DNA of 64,000 bases from Macrostomum lignano (taxonomy: Eukaryota): assembly GCA_002269645.1 (NCBI GenBank), contig NIVC01001424.1, forward strand, positions 186,001-250,000. Reading direction: 5' to 3'. The notes beneath the pieces were generated by a model. That model had not been told where the DNA came from, did not search any database, and worked only from the letters and a program-made list of their open reading frames with translations. Below are positions 40,840 through 52,647 of this stretch, piece by piece. Within the stretch, counting starts at the first letter, position 1. Every line of letters starts with the position of its first letter. The position numbers and the translations under genes were made by a program.

Positions 40840-41555
40840 ACTCTGAAGATCAAAGTGGATTCCTCAGAGACTGCCAAAGTAGATCCCTCAGAGGGTGACA
40901 AAGTAGATGCTTCAGAGTTTGCCAAAGTAGATCCCTCAGAGGGTGACAAAGTAGATGCTTCAGAGTTTGCCAAAGTAGATCCCTCAGAGGGTGACAAAGT
41001 AGATCCCTCAGAGGGTGACAAAGTAGATCCCTCAGAGGGTGACAAAGCAGATCCCCCAGAGGATGACAAAGTAGATCCCTCAGAGTTTTCCAAAGTAGAT
41101 CCCTCAGAGTTTGCCAAAGTAGATCCCTCAGAGGGTGACAAAGTAGATCCCCCAGAGGGTGACAAAGTAGATCCCTCAGAGGGTGAAAAAGTAGATCCCT
41201 CAGTGGGTGACAAAGTAGATCCCTCAGAGGGTGACAAAGTAGATACCTCAGAGTTTGCCAAAGTAGATCCCTCAGAGTTTGCCAAAGTAGATTCCTCAGA
41301 GTTTGCCACAGTAGATCCCTCAGAGTTTGCCAAAGTAGATCCCTCAGAGGGTGACAAAGTAGATCCCTCAGAGTTTGCCAAAGTAGATTCCTCAGAGTTT
41401 GCCAAAGTAGATCCCTCAGAGTTTGACAAAGTAGATCCCTCAGAGTTTGCCAAAGTAGATCCCTCAGAGTTTGCCAAAGTAGATCCCTCAGAGTTTGCCA
41501 AAGTAGATCCCCAGAGGATGACAAAGTAGATCCCTCAGAGGGTGACAAAGTAGGA
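40840..41555. repeat. 24-bp minisatellite (aaagtagatccctcagagggtgac / ...gagtttgcc)n
   Basis: About 29 copies of two interspersed variants. Confidence 0.93.
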
Positions 41556-42194
41556 GCGACAAAAATATAAATAAATAATAAACAAGAAAGAAACTCCTGC
41601 ATGTACTTTTAAATGTGCTGCATTCACAAAAATAAGATAATAGTTTTCACAATGAGCCTATGCAAACTAGAAAAATAGGCCTTTATTTATGAATATGGAT
41701 ACGGGAGTTATATTTAATTCACCCAAACTGATTCTACTGCACTCAGTATCAGATTACACTGTAAATGATTCCATTTCCAAAATTGAAGGGACTGGGCTCT
41801 TAAATTTGGACAATTAGTTTAAAAAACTTTTTTTCACATCTAATTTGCAACACGAGCACTCGAGGATAAAAGTTGATTAACAATTTTTCAGCTTTACTTT
41901 GCGCGAAATACAAAGGTTTGAAAAAGAAACAAATAAATATATTAGCAACAAGACAGGCGATTAAGCATTACACGCGAACTCACACAGAAGCAATTAATTT
42001 TGTGTTAAATAAATCACAGAGCCGACAGTCGGTAAACAAAAGCATTGATTAATTGATTGAAGTACTCTAAGTGACTATAGGCCGATCAAAGTACATTATT
42101 CCTTTCGATTGCTTATTTATTGTGTTTTGACCAGATTCTGATAGCGGTAAAGCAGATGTAGAGGGATAGAAAGGATAGAGGAAGAGATAAGTGT

Positions 42195-42890
42195 GAAAGA
42201 GGCAGAGATAAGTGGGATAGAGACAGAGATAAGTGGGATAGAGACAGAGATAAGTGGGATTCAGACAGAGAGAAGTGGGATAGAGACAGAGAGAAGTGGG
42301 ATAGAGGCAGAGATAAGTGGGATAGAGACAGAGATAAGTGGGATAGAGACAGAGATAAGTGGGATAGAGACAGAGATAAGTGGAACAGAGACAGAGATTA
42401 GTGGGATAGAGACAGAGATTAGTGGGATAGAGACAGATATAAGTGGGATAGAGGCAGAGATACATGTAAGTGGGATAGAGGCAGAGATAAGGGGGATAGA
42501 GACAGAGATAAGGGGAGTAGATGTAGAGATAAGTGGGATAGAGACAGAGATAAGGGGAAAGAGACAGAGATAAGTGGGATAGAGACAGAGATTAGTGGGA
42601 TAGAGACAGAGATTAGTGGGATAGAGACAGAGATTAGTGGGATAGAGGCAGAGATTAGTGGGATAGAGGCAGAGATAAGGGGGATAGAGACAGAGATAAG
42701 TGGGATAGAGACAGAGATAAGTGGGATAGAGGCAGAGAGAAGTGGGATAGAGACAGAGATAAGTGGGATAGAGACAGAGAGAAGTGGGATAGAGACAGAG
42801 AGAAGTGGGACAGAGACAGAGAGAAGTGGGATAGAGACAGAGATAAGTGGGATAGAGACAGAGAGAAGTGGGATAGAGACAGAGATAAGT
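42195..42890. repeat. 21-bp minisatellite (agagataagtgggatagagac)n
   Basis: About 33 copies. Confidence 0.95.
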
Positions 42891-43539
42891 ACTTACTTAA
42901 AGAACAGTTAGTTAACTTGTAAAATTAGGTAAAATTCAAGCATATAACTTTCTAGACATCAAAGTGCAAACCAAAAAACAACATAGAAAAGTCAAATTTC
43001 TACAGATGTATGCGCATATATATATTTATACACAAACAATAAACATAACACAATAAATGAACAGGTTAATTTTTGAGTAGTATAAACCCTGTCGCACAAC
43101 GAGCAACGATCAGGCATCTTAAATGGGGAAAATGCTATACTCGAGAAAATTATTACAACACAAAATATACCAGTAACACCTAAGCTAACTCCTGTTTTCA
43201 CGATAAATTCATTGCAGATTTTAAATAAAAATAATATTAGCTTTTAAAAACTGCATGCACGAACCATACTACTGACTAGGAGAGATTGCAGAAAAGTTCA
43301 GGCATATTTTTATTTATACAAGCAAGCTGTTGAAAACGTCTGAGATTTCAAAATAACAAGGTTAAACACTAACTAATTATACAATAAGTGCAATATGCAG
43401 ATATTTTCATAAATATTTTCACCGACAGGTTTAACGAGTCAAAACAAAGGAGATTTCGATAATCCATCAATTAAGTACTTTTCGTTACTTTTTTTACCCA
43501 GAAGACTAGAATGATACTCTTGACAATATCGCAGTTTGA

Positions 43540-44010
43540 TGGGGTGGGTGGGGCAGGTGTGTACATTGGGGGGTGGGGCGGGTGTGTACATTGGGGGTGG
43601 GGCGGGTGTGTACATTGGGGGTGGGTGGGTGTGTACATTGGGGGTGGGGCGGGTGTGTACATTGGGGGTGGGTGGGTATGTACATTGGGGGTGGGGCGGG
43701 TGTGTACATTGGGGGTGGGCGGGTGTGTACATTGGGGGGTGGGGCTGGTGTGTACATTGGGGTGGAGCGGATGTGTACATTGGGGGGTGGGGCGGGTGTG
43801 TACATTGGGGGTGGGGCAGGTGAGTACATTGGTGGTGGGGCGGGTGTGTAAATTGGGGTGGTGGGGCGGGTGTGTACTTTAGGGGTGGGTGGGGCGGTGT
43901 GTACATTGGGGTGGGTGGGGCGGGTGTGTACATAGGGGTGGGTGAGGTGTGTACATTGGGGTGGGTGGGGCGGGTGTGTGCATAGGGGTGGGTGAGGTGT
44001 GTACATTGGA
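43540..44010. repeat. ~24-bp G-rich minisatellite (gggtgtgtacattgggggtggggc)n
   Basis: Three G-runs per unit, roughly 20 copies. Confidence 0.93.
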
Positions 44011-44644
44011 TATGACAGTAATAAGTACGCAAAATAGGGAGCTAAAAGCTAACGGATAAAATAATTCACTTATCATTAAAAATCGAATCGAATTCAAATA
44101 ATTACACCAGCCAAAAACAGTGCAATGTTCCAGAAAAAAGCCTAAAAAACTCCAGTTCAAATGAAATCGCAACAGACCAATGCAACCGCAAGGGCCAAAG
44201 TTCATTTAAGACTTCATGTACCCTCATTTAAAACTCGAGTGTCAAAAGAACCGAGCCGTGCCTGAGAGACTAAAAATGTACTGTTAAAGCACAACACTTA
44301 GTATAATAGTAATTATTATTAATCAGGTAACAAAACTACACATAAACTACAGCGCTAAGCAAAATCACAATTTTTATTTGCTGTCAACATGTTTATAAAC
44401 TTATGAATACACGCGAAGACCTACTTACAACACATGAGAGTAGTAGTAATAATAGCATTTGTCGACCTTTTCTTTGCATTATTCTTGAATAAAAATACAT
44501 ACTTAAACAACGGGGTGAAGGGGGAAGACGACTCTAGTCTAAAGCACTGCTCAGCGGGGTTCGCGACATCTTCATTCATAAAGCAATATTGCCCCACAAA
44601 CTTTGAATTCTGACAATTAACCTGACGCCTTCTGACTTTTTTGA

Positions 44645-44955
44645 ACTTGGCTCTATCTGACAAATCTAACTTGGCTCTATCTGACAAATCTAACTTGGCG
44701 CCATCTGACAAATCGACTTGGCGCCATCTGACAAATCTAACATGGCGCCATCTGAGAAATCTAAATTGGGCGCCATCTGACAAATCTAACTTGGCGCCGT
44801 CTGACAAATCTAAATTGGCGCCATCTGACAAATCCAACTTGTCGCTATCTGACAAATCGAATTGGCGCCATCTGACAAATCCAACTTGACGCCATTTCAC
44901 AAATAATTTAGCGCCATTAGACAAATCTGACAAATCTGATTTGGCGCCATCTGAC
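44645..44955. repeat. 24-bp minisatellite (ttggcgccatctgacaaatctaac)n in the probable MKK7 3' UTR
   Basis: About 13 copies starting ~70 nt after the stop. First minus-strand AATAAA is at 44378-44373. Confidence 0.9.
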
Positions 44956-45022
44956 AACCAGTTGAACTCTCAAACGCGAACCCCGCTGAGACAGCGGTAA
45001 ACAAGCAGCTGATGAGAACAGG

Positions 45023-45536
45023 TTAAAATGGCAGCAGAGGCGACTCAGGCGTTGAGTACTGAGCCTGCTGAGAGTGATGAAGCCTAGGCGGAGGCTGCGG
45101 CAGCTGCTGGTGCTGCTGACAGCCAGCCGGTTTCGGAGCGCTGGGCGACCGGCTCTGCAGGGAGGACGGCGAGCTGTTGTCCACCGAGCCGTAGCCCGAG
45201 CTCGAGCCCTGCGACCCGGCAGACAGCTGACGATGGCGACGGAAAGCCGCGCTGCTGGAGGCCGAACTCCCGGCCGCTGTAGCCGCCGCCGCCGCCGCCG
45301 GGGCAGCCGCAGCCGCACCTCCAGCCGCCGCTACTCCGGCGGCACTTCCGGCTCCGCTACTTCCGGAACTGCTTCCACCGCCGGTGCTTCCGCTTGGCGA
45401 GGCCAGGCCCGGACAGCGGATTCGAACCTCGGCCAGCCAGTCGGCCAGATCCGTCTGAGTCTGCTCGTGATATTTGATGAAGTCGTGGCCGAGCAGCCGC
45501 TGGTACTTCGGCCGCAGACTCACGTCCTTGGTTAGG
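45023..45536 (-). CDS. MAP2K7: MAP kinase kinase 7, exon 5 (kinase C-terminus plus low-complexity tail)
   Basis: Acceptor ttcacag, TG|C join gives CLTKDVSLRPKYQRLLGHDFIK (MKK7 has CLTKDHRKRPKYNKLLEHSFIK). TAA at 45025-45023. Confidence 0.92.
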
Positions 45537-45699
45537 CTGTGAAAGGATTATTTTTTGCGAATGGGAAAATATACCGATATGTATCGAAAAAATTATAACC
45601 TAGCATAAAAAATGAAGGAAATACTTGTACCAAATAAATGAAAGAATTAAAATCGCTTGGGTAACAAACGCCCCATACATAGAAAAATCTTAGCGATGC

Positions 45700-46015
45700 G
45701 GATGATAATTTGGCGCCAATTTAGCGCCGAGGATGAGACTTTGGCGCCAATTTCAGACTTTAGGGCCAATTTAGCACAGCAGATGATATTTTGGCGACAA
45801 TTTATGACTTTAGCGCCGCAGATTTTTTGGCGCTAATTTAGCGCCAAGGATGAGATTTTAGCGCCAAGGATGAGATTTTAGCGCCAATTTCAGACTTTAT
45901 GTCCAATTTAGCGCCGCAAATAATATTTTGGCGCCAATTTTGCGCTGCGGAGGAGACTTTGGCGCCAATTTAGCGCCGAAGATGATATTCTGGCGTATAC
46001 TTTCGCGCCAATTTA
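45700..46015. repeat. Degenerate (tttggcgccaatttagcgcc..gatga)n array in MKK7 intron 4
   Basis: At least five exact TTTGGCGC motifs plus ttagcgcc variants. Confidence 0.8.
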
Positions 46016-46879
46016 ACAGGAGTCGCTAAAAAGTCATTGCAAACAACTTGCTACTGACTCTATGCAACGGAGAGGCGACCGTTAAGTCGCAAAAAAGTCG
46101 TCCCAAGAGAGGTTGTGTTAGCTGTCAACTTTCTACCAACTCCAGTAGAGTAAATAGAGGTGTTATAGATGCAAAATGCGATTCAAATTCAGTGATTCTT
46201 CAGTGTCTCTACGATCCCAGAGTCGTTTCCGAGTCGCAGACAATCGAAACGCCTCAAATTGATTCTTAGGCAACTCTTTGACGATTTTAGAGCCGTCTAG
46301 AAGAAAATAAAGTCAGGGCCGTCCTCGACAAGCACTTGAGGACTAATAAGAGCAATTACTGTTCACACAGGAAGCAAAAAAAGAGAGCCAAAAAGAGAAG
46401 CTGGTCGACTTTGTGCTTAAAAAAACGGCAGTGCAAGTCAAAGGGCTGAAAATTGAGGTTTGAGATTCGCGAACGGACAGGAAAGTCAGGAATGTTCCTC
46501 ATGGTTTGCTCCGGGGAAATTCCAAATCAAAACTGCAGTGCAGCAGAACAGGCAGAAGGTTTAGACAGGCTAAAAATAGACTTACTCGAGTATCCTGCGA
46601 TTTTGATAGAGACAAAAAATGCTTCTGTTTTTTCTATTCGAGCCTAAGAAGCTTAAGAATTAGCAGGGTGGGAGCTCTGGATTAGCTGTGCGAATATCCG
46701 CAATATTAATGGGAAACAAGACCCGACCGAGGAGAAAAATTACAATCGTTTAGAAAGTACACGCGTACTCAATAGAGTGCAAAGAAGTACTTGATTAAAA
46801 TAAGCCTTGTATATTTTTTAGAGGTACACGCGTACTGCAAATTCGCAATCCTACTTAGGTAAATGGCTTATGTACTAAA

Positions 46880-47370
46880 CGTAATTGGTACTCAGGTACC
46901 TGTGTACTAAGAAGTACAGGCGCATTTGAAGAGACAATGCGTACTTAGGCAGTGATTACTAAGGTACATTTGTACTTTGGTACATGCGTACTTAGGTTCA
47001 TACGTACTTAAATTTATGTTTACTCATGTACATGCGGACTTAGGTACAAGCGTCCATGAGCACTTAGGTACATGCATATCTAGGTACCTGCGTACTTAGG
47101 TGCATGCGTACTTAAGTTTGAGGGGGCTTAGGTACCTGCGTACTTAAGTTTGTGCGGACTTAGGTACCTGCATACTTAGGTGCAAGCGTACTAAGGTCAA
47201 TGAGCACTTAGGTACATGCATACTTAGGTGCATGCGTACCTAGGTACATGCGTACTTAGGTACATGCTTACTTAGGTCCACGCGTACTTGAATTGATGCA
47301 TACTTAGGTACATGCGTACTTAGGTACATGCGTACTTAGGTACATGCGTACTTAGGTTCATGCGTACTTG
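46880..47370. repeat. 16-bp minisatellite (ttaggtacatgcgtac)n in MKK7 intron 4
   Basis: Homogeneous near the donor, degenerating away from it. Confidence 0.9.
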
Positions 47371-47409
47371 TCGCGTATTCAAGATGTAAGCAGGGAAACG
47401 CGCACTCAC

Positions 47410-47789
47410 CAGCGAGCTACAAACTCTCGAAAATGATCGGTAAATCCGGTCAGAGGCAGCTGCGGCGGCGGCTCGTCAACAATCCTTGTGAGCATCTCCA
47501 TCTCGGTGGCGCAGTCGGCCAGCGGGTGCCGGCCGGTGGCCAGCTCCACCAGGCTGATGCCCAGGGACCAAACGTCCGACCGGATATCGTAGGGCGCGGC
47601 CAGAGTGATCCGCTCGGGCGACAGGTAGGCCGTGCAGCCGGCGGTTCGAGTCTTGGCCCGCGAGTCCTCCAGCAGGCCGGAGATGCCAAAGTCGCAGAGT
47701 TTCACTCGGCCAGATTCGCTTAGCAGCATGTTGGACGGCTTCACGTCGCGGTGGATGATATTGTGCCGCTCCTTCAGGTAGTGCAGAGC
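47410..47789 (-). CDS. MAP2K7: MAP kinase kinase 7, exon 4
   Basis: ALHYLKERHNIIHRDVKPSN, KLCDFGISG, activation loop DSRAKT (MKK7 SKAKT), DIRSDVWSLGISLVELATG. Acceptor ctgcag, donor TG|GTGAG. Confidence 0.97.
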
Positions 47790-48084
47790 CTGCAGGCGGT
47801 GAGAAAATAGCTTAATCATGAGAGGATTTCTACAGCTTCTATGGATATCTGGAGATCTGGGAAATGCATTAGCTAGTAGATAAAAACACACGAAGGCTTC
47901 CCTAAAAGCTCATTGAGTTGCTTGTGTGAGCTGAAGGAGCAACGGGTTAAAATTAGTAGGTCTAAATAGTACAGTACTGGCTACCACATCGCTGAAAGTA
48001 TTAATTCAGTTATCCTTAATCCCAAATAACAGTCCCCGAAAAATCCCATCTCATCTCATCTCATTATCCCAAAGCCCACCTCAG

Positions 48085-48520
48085 TTGCCACAAATCCCAA
48101 ACGACAGTCACAGAAAAATCTCATCTCAGTTATCCTCAAATCCCATCTCAATTATCGCCAAATCCCAAATAACAGCCACTGAAAAATCCCATCTCAGTTA
48201 TCCCAAATCCCAAACGACAGTCACTGAAAAATCCAATCTCAGTTATCCCAAATCCCAAATGATAGTCACAGAAAAATCCAATCTCAGTTATCCCAAATCC
48301 CAAAGGGCAGTTACAGAAAAATCCCATCTCAGTTATCCCAAATCCCAAACGACAGTCACAGAAAAATCCAATCTCAGTTATCCCAAATCCCAAAGGGCAG
48401 TTACAGAAAAATCCCATCTCAGTTATCCCAAATCCCAAAACGACAGTCACAGAAAAATCCCATCTCAGTTATCCCAAATCCCAAAAGACAGTCACAGAAA
48501 AATCCTATCTCAATTATCCC
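48085..48520. repeat. 45-bp minisatellite (gaaaaatcccatctcagttatcccaaatcccaaacgacagtcact)n in MKK7 intron 3
   Basis: About 9-10 copies, ending ~15 nt from the donor. Confidence 0.92.
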
Positions 48521-48537
48521 ACAGAACCGCAGCTCAC

Positions 48538-48964
48538 CTTGAGAATTGGCACCACAATTTTGCCCAGAATCCTCTCAGGCAGCGCTCCGGCATGCCGCAT
48601 CAGCCGGTCCAAACAGGTGGCCATCAGCTCCATGCAGACCCACACCTCCGACGGGAATATGAACACGCCGAAGCAGCGAACAATGTGCCGGCAATCGTGA
48701 CACTTGGTCACCACCTCCAGGTCCATGATCACTCGCTTGTTCTCCTCTGCATTATTGCCCGTCCGCCGCATCACCTTCACGGCCATCTGGCGGCCGCACT
48801 GCTTCAGCCTGGCCCGCGACACCACGCCGCAGATGCCCTGGCCAAGCTCGCATTCCAGCTGGATGTCATCACGCTGGCAGCTGATGGTGGGCCCGCCGGG
48901 GTCAAGGGTCAGCTGGCCGCTCTTCTTCAGCATCTCCTCGTAGCGCCGGTGCACCTGGTCCTCT
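48538..48964 (-). CDS. MAP2K7: MAP kinase kinase 7, exon 3
   Basis: LGQGICGVV, MAVKVMRRTGN, EENKRVIMDLEVVTKCHDC, PERILGKIVV match MKK7/hemipterous. Phase 2 start, donor AAG|GTGAG. Confidence 0.97.
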
Positions 48965-49084
48965 CTGCAGGTTGAGCGTGGGTTGGCGGCGATAGATGCG
49001 AAATTAATAACAAAGACATGGAGAGAGAGTTAGTAGCTTAATAAAGACTGTTTGTTGAACGACGACCCAGTGAAGCCGAGCAGA

Positions 49085-49625
49085 ACAAAGACCCAATGGT
49101 GATAGCAATGGTAGCTGAATAAAGACTCGATGATAGCAATGGTAGCTGAACAAGACCCAGTGGTGATAGCAATGGTAGCTGAACAAAGACCCGGTGGTGA
49201 TAGCAATGGTAGCTGAACAAGACCCAGTGGTCAAAGCAATGGTAGCTGAACAAAGACCCGAAGATTAGCAGTGGTAGCTGAACAAAGACCCGGTGGTGAT
49301 AGCAATGGTAGCTGAACAAAGACCCGGTGGTGATAGCAATGGTAGCTGAACAAGACCCAGTGGTGATAGCAATGGTAGCTGAACAAAGACCCGGTGGTGA
49401 TAGCAATGGTAGCTGAACAAGACCAGTGGTCAAAGCAATGGTAGCTGAACAAAGACCCGAAGATTAGCAATGGTAGCTGAACAAAGACCCGGTGGTGATA
49501 GGAATGGTAGCTGAACAAAGACCCGGTGGTAATAGCAATGGTAGCTGAACAAAGACCCGAAGATTAGCAATGGTAGCTGAACAAAGACCCGGTGGTAATA
49601 GCAATGGTAGCTGAACAAAGACCTG
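49085..49625. repeat. ~34-bp minisatellite (tggtgatagcaatggtagctgaacaaagacccgg)n in MKK7 intron 2
   Basis: About 16 copies. Confidence 0.92.
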
Positions 49626-50204
49626 AACACAAAAATCAGAATTGAAGATTTTAAACCAATACAAAGCCAGTTAGAATGCACTATACAATACGCGAGGCAT
49701 GAGACACGGAGAGAGGCGAGGCGTCATTCAGAGAAAGTGCATCTCAACAGGAGCCGTGGCAGCATCGATACTGACTCGAAGGCAAGAGACCCTGAGGCAC
49801 CGTAATCAGTCGCGCACTAAGAGCCTGGCTCTCGTCACGCGCTATGCAACTCGGGAGGATAAACGCACTAGCAGGGTATTAATTTCTCCCCCCGTACCCC
49901 TCCTGCAGCTGCCTAATTGCAAACCTAGCTGAGAGGGGGGGCGTGACCCAGGCTTCAGCCTTGAGGCCTAATCGCAAAGTCTCACCCCCTTTTCCATCTC
50001 TCACGGCAACCCCTACCGAGCAGGGATGCCTTACTGTTTTATCATCATCATCGTGGAATCTAATTATTGCGAGGCCGTACTAAGACTTTCCTGATTGAGA
50101 CTATTTTTATATTCTCAAGTTAAGTACTAGCGATGCTTGAATAAGTCAGCTTCTCAACTGTTGCCTGAGACTTCATGCAAGCCAGATGAGTTCAGTACAC
50201 TCGA

Positions 50205-51115
50205 TTATCTCTCTTCATCGCTCGTATCTCACTCTCAGCGTCACTCTTATCTCACTCTCAGCGTCGTTCTTATCTCACCCTCTGCATCGCTCTTATCTCA
50301 CTCTCAGCGTCACTCTTATCTCACTCTCTGCATCGCTCTTATCTCACTCTCTGCATCGCTCTTATCTCTCTCTCTGCATCGCTCTTATCTCACTCTCTGC
50401 ATCGCTCTTATCTCTCTCTCTCTGCATCGCTCTTATCTCACTCTCTGCATCGCTCTTATCTCTCTCTCTGCATCGCTCTTATCTCACCCTCTGCATCGCT
50501 ATTATCTCACTCTCAGCATCGCTCTTATCTCCCTCTCTGCATCGCTCTTAACTCTCTCTCTGCATCGCTCTTATCTCTCTCTCTGCATCGCTCTTATCTC
50601 ACTCTCTGCATCGCTCTTATCTCACTCTCTGCATCGCTCTTATCTCACTCTCTGCATCGCTCTTATCTCACTCTCTGCAGCGCTCTTATCTCACTCTCAG
50701 CGTCACTCTTATCTCACTCTCTGCATTGCTCTTATCTCACTCTCTGCATCGCTCTTATCTCACTCTCTGCATCGCTCTTATCTCACTCTCTGCATCGCTC
50801 TTATCTCACTCTCTGCATCGCTCTTAACTCTCTCTCTGCATCGCTCTTATCTCTCTCTCTGCATCGCTCTTATCTCACTCTCTGCATCGCTCTTATCTCA
50901 CTCTCTGCATCGATCTTATCTCACTCTCTGCATCGCTCTTATCTCACTCTCTGCATCGCTCTTATCTCACTCTCAGCGTCACTCTTATCTCACTCTCTGC
51001 ATTGCTCTTATCTCACTCTATGCATCGCTCTTATCTCACTCTCTGCATCGATCTTATCTCACTCTCTGCATCGCTCTTATCTCACTCTCTGCATCGCTCT
51101 TATCTCACTCTCTCA
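50205..51115. repeat. 23-bp minisatellite (ctctgcatcgctcttatctcact)n in MKK7 intron 2
   Basis: About 40 copies. Confidence 0.95.
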
Positions 51116-51172
51116 TTCACTCCCTTTAATCTAATTTATCACTTAGAAAAGGAAATAGTGAAAGTAACTCAC

Positions 51173-51305
51173 GGACTAAATTGTACAGAATGAGCAGATG
51201 AGGGCGACGGCGTGTACTGCTGCTGCGGCAGGTCAATGGACACTGGCACGGGAAGCATGCGGCGTCGACCAAGTGGTGGTTCAGATCCAGTGCGCAGTGG
51301 CAGAG
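51173..51305 (-). CDS. MAP2K7: MAP kinase kinase 7, exon 2 (docking-site region)
   Basis: Acceptor tttaaacag and donor CC|GTGAGT. Phases 1 and 2 match exons 1 and 3. Encodes LPLRTGSEPPLGRRRMLPVPVSIDL. Confidence 0.8.
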
Positions 51306-52361
51306 CTGTTTAAAAATTAATTATAGCCATTTTTTAGAAATTTTGTAGCAAAATAGAAATTTGATGACATACAGGAAAGTAAGTATTTTGATACCTGACA
51401 TTCATTTCTTAATTGTCAAAAAAGAACAAGAAATCATATTTTGTTTCTTTTTTCTTGTTTAAAACAATTTTATTTAAAGCAATCACTTTAATCAGTTATC
51501 TGTAATGTTTTGTCATTGTAAAAGAAGCCAACAAATATTTACCCAAATGAAAAATACCCAAAACTACCTAAAATTGCTGCTACTCTTGTCTTAAAAGCTG
51601 TTAAATGACCTTATAATTGATTATACATGCCCTAAGAAAATGACAAGAAGTTTTCATACTCAATTGAATTCTAAAAAGAGCAAAAAATTAAGAATAACAA
51701 ATTTTTGTTTATAAAATTAAAAATTGTTTTAAACAATCATATAGAACTACTTAGAATGCCAACGCCACTCACTATCAGTTTTGGATTATAATCATATTGA
51801 ATTTAAAGACAGTATAAAATTATCATGAAAAATAAATACTTCTTGCATAGTTTAATAAGAGGAATGCAATGCTTAGTTATCTATTAGATAAATTTTAGGA
51901 AATGTATTAGCAAAAAAACAAAGAAAAAATAGGAATTAAAAGATTCTACAAGGAGAAAACTCCAGCTTCATTTAACAAACTTCATAGTAGTTAGAATATA
52001 TAAATTTGGGTTTTAAGATTAATATAGTTATTAAAATTAATTTAGGCCTATAGTCATAAAATTAAGGATTAGCTTTATTGTTTGTTAAAAATATTTCACA
52101 ATATAAAAAAACTTGCTAATGACATATTAAAAATATTTCTTATCTATTGTATTTTTAAAAAGCAATAATTTTGCACCCAAATATGCAGACCAATGAACTA
52201 TGTAGGGCTAATGCATGCCAGAAAATTCTGGTATACAAGACACCTTCCTGATTATAAATAATATGGTCATTTAAAATATTGTAAAAAAACAATTAAAAAT
52301 AAGTACTAGGCTTTAATTTTGTTTTATTAAAAATAATATTAAAAATATAAAATGATCTTAC

Positions 52362-52647
52362 ATAGCTTTGCTGTTGGTCTTCGTGGGCCATCCTTCATTC
52401 CAGTAGATTGGGTAGAGCAATGACTAGGGAGAGGGAGTGCTCCTGGAGACAATGGACTACTTGTTTCTGTTTTTTGACCTTGATCAAACTTAAAATTTGA
52501 TGATACAGAAACATGACGAGTGAATGTAGGAATGCCAGGTGAACTTCGTTGTCCAGCTTGTGGTGATTGTGAGAAATTTGGAGCTTTCTGATGACTTGAT
52601 GCACCAAATATACCACCAAAAATAAAGTTATACTTGGCTGGCTCCAT
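52362..52647 (-). CDS. MAP2K7: MAP kinase kinase 7, exon 1
   Basis: ATG at 52647, donor T|GTAAG phase 1. The join gives RRPTAKLSLPL, like the MKK7 D-site RPRPTLQLPL. Five-exon CDS is 1740 nt (579 aa). Confidence 0.72.

Noticed and set aside
40830-41602. 224-250-aa ORFs (VDPSEGDK / SEGSTLSP repeats)
   Set aside because: Three frames are open simply because the 24-bp unit is stop-free, and there is no flanking non-repetitive coding sequence.
48085-48975. 296-aa + strand ORF
   Set aside because: It is composed of a 45-bp intronic satellite plus the antisense of MKK7 exon 3.
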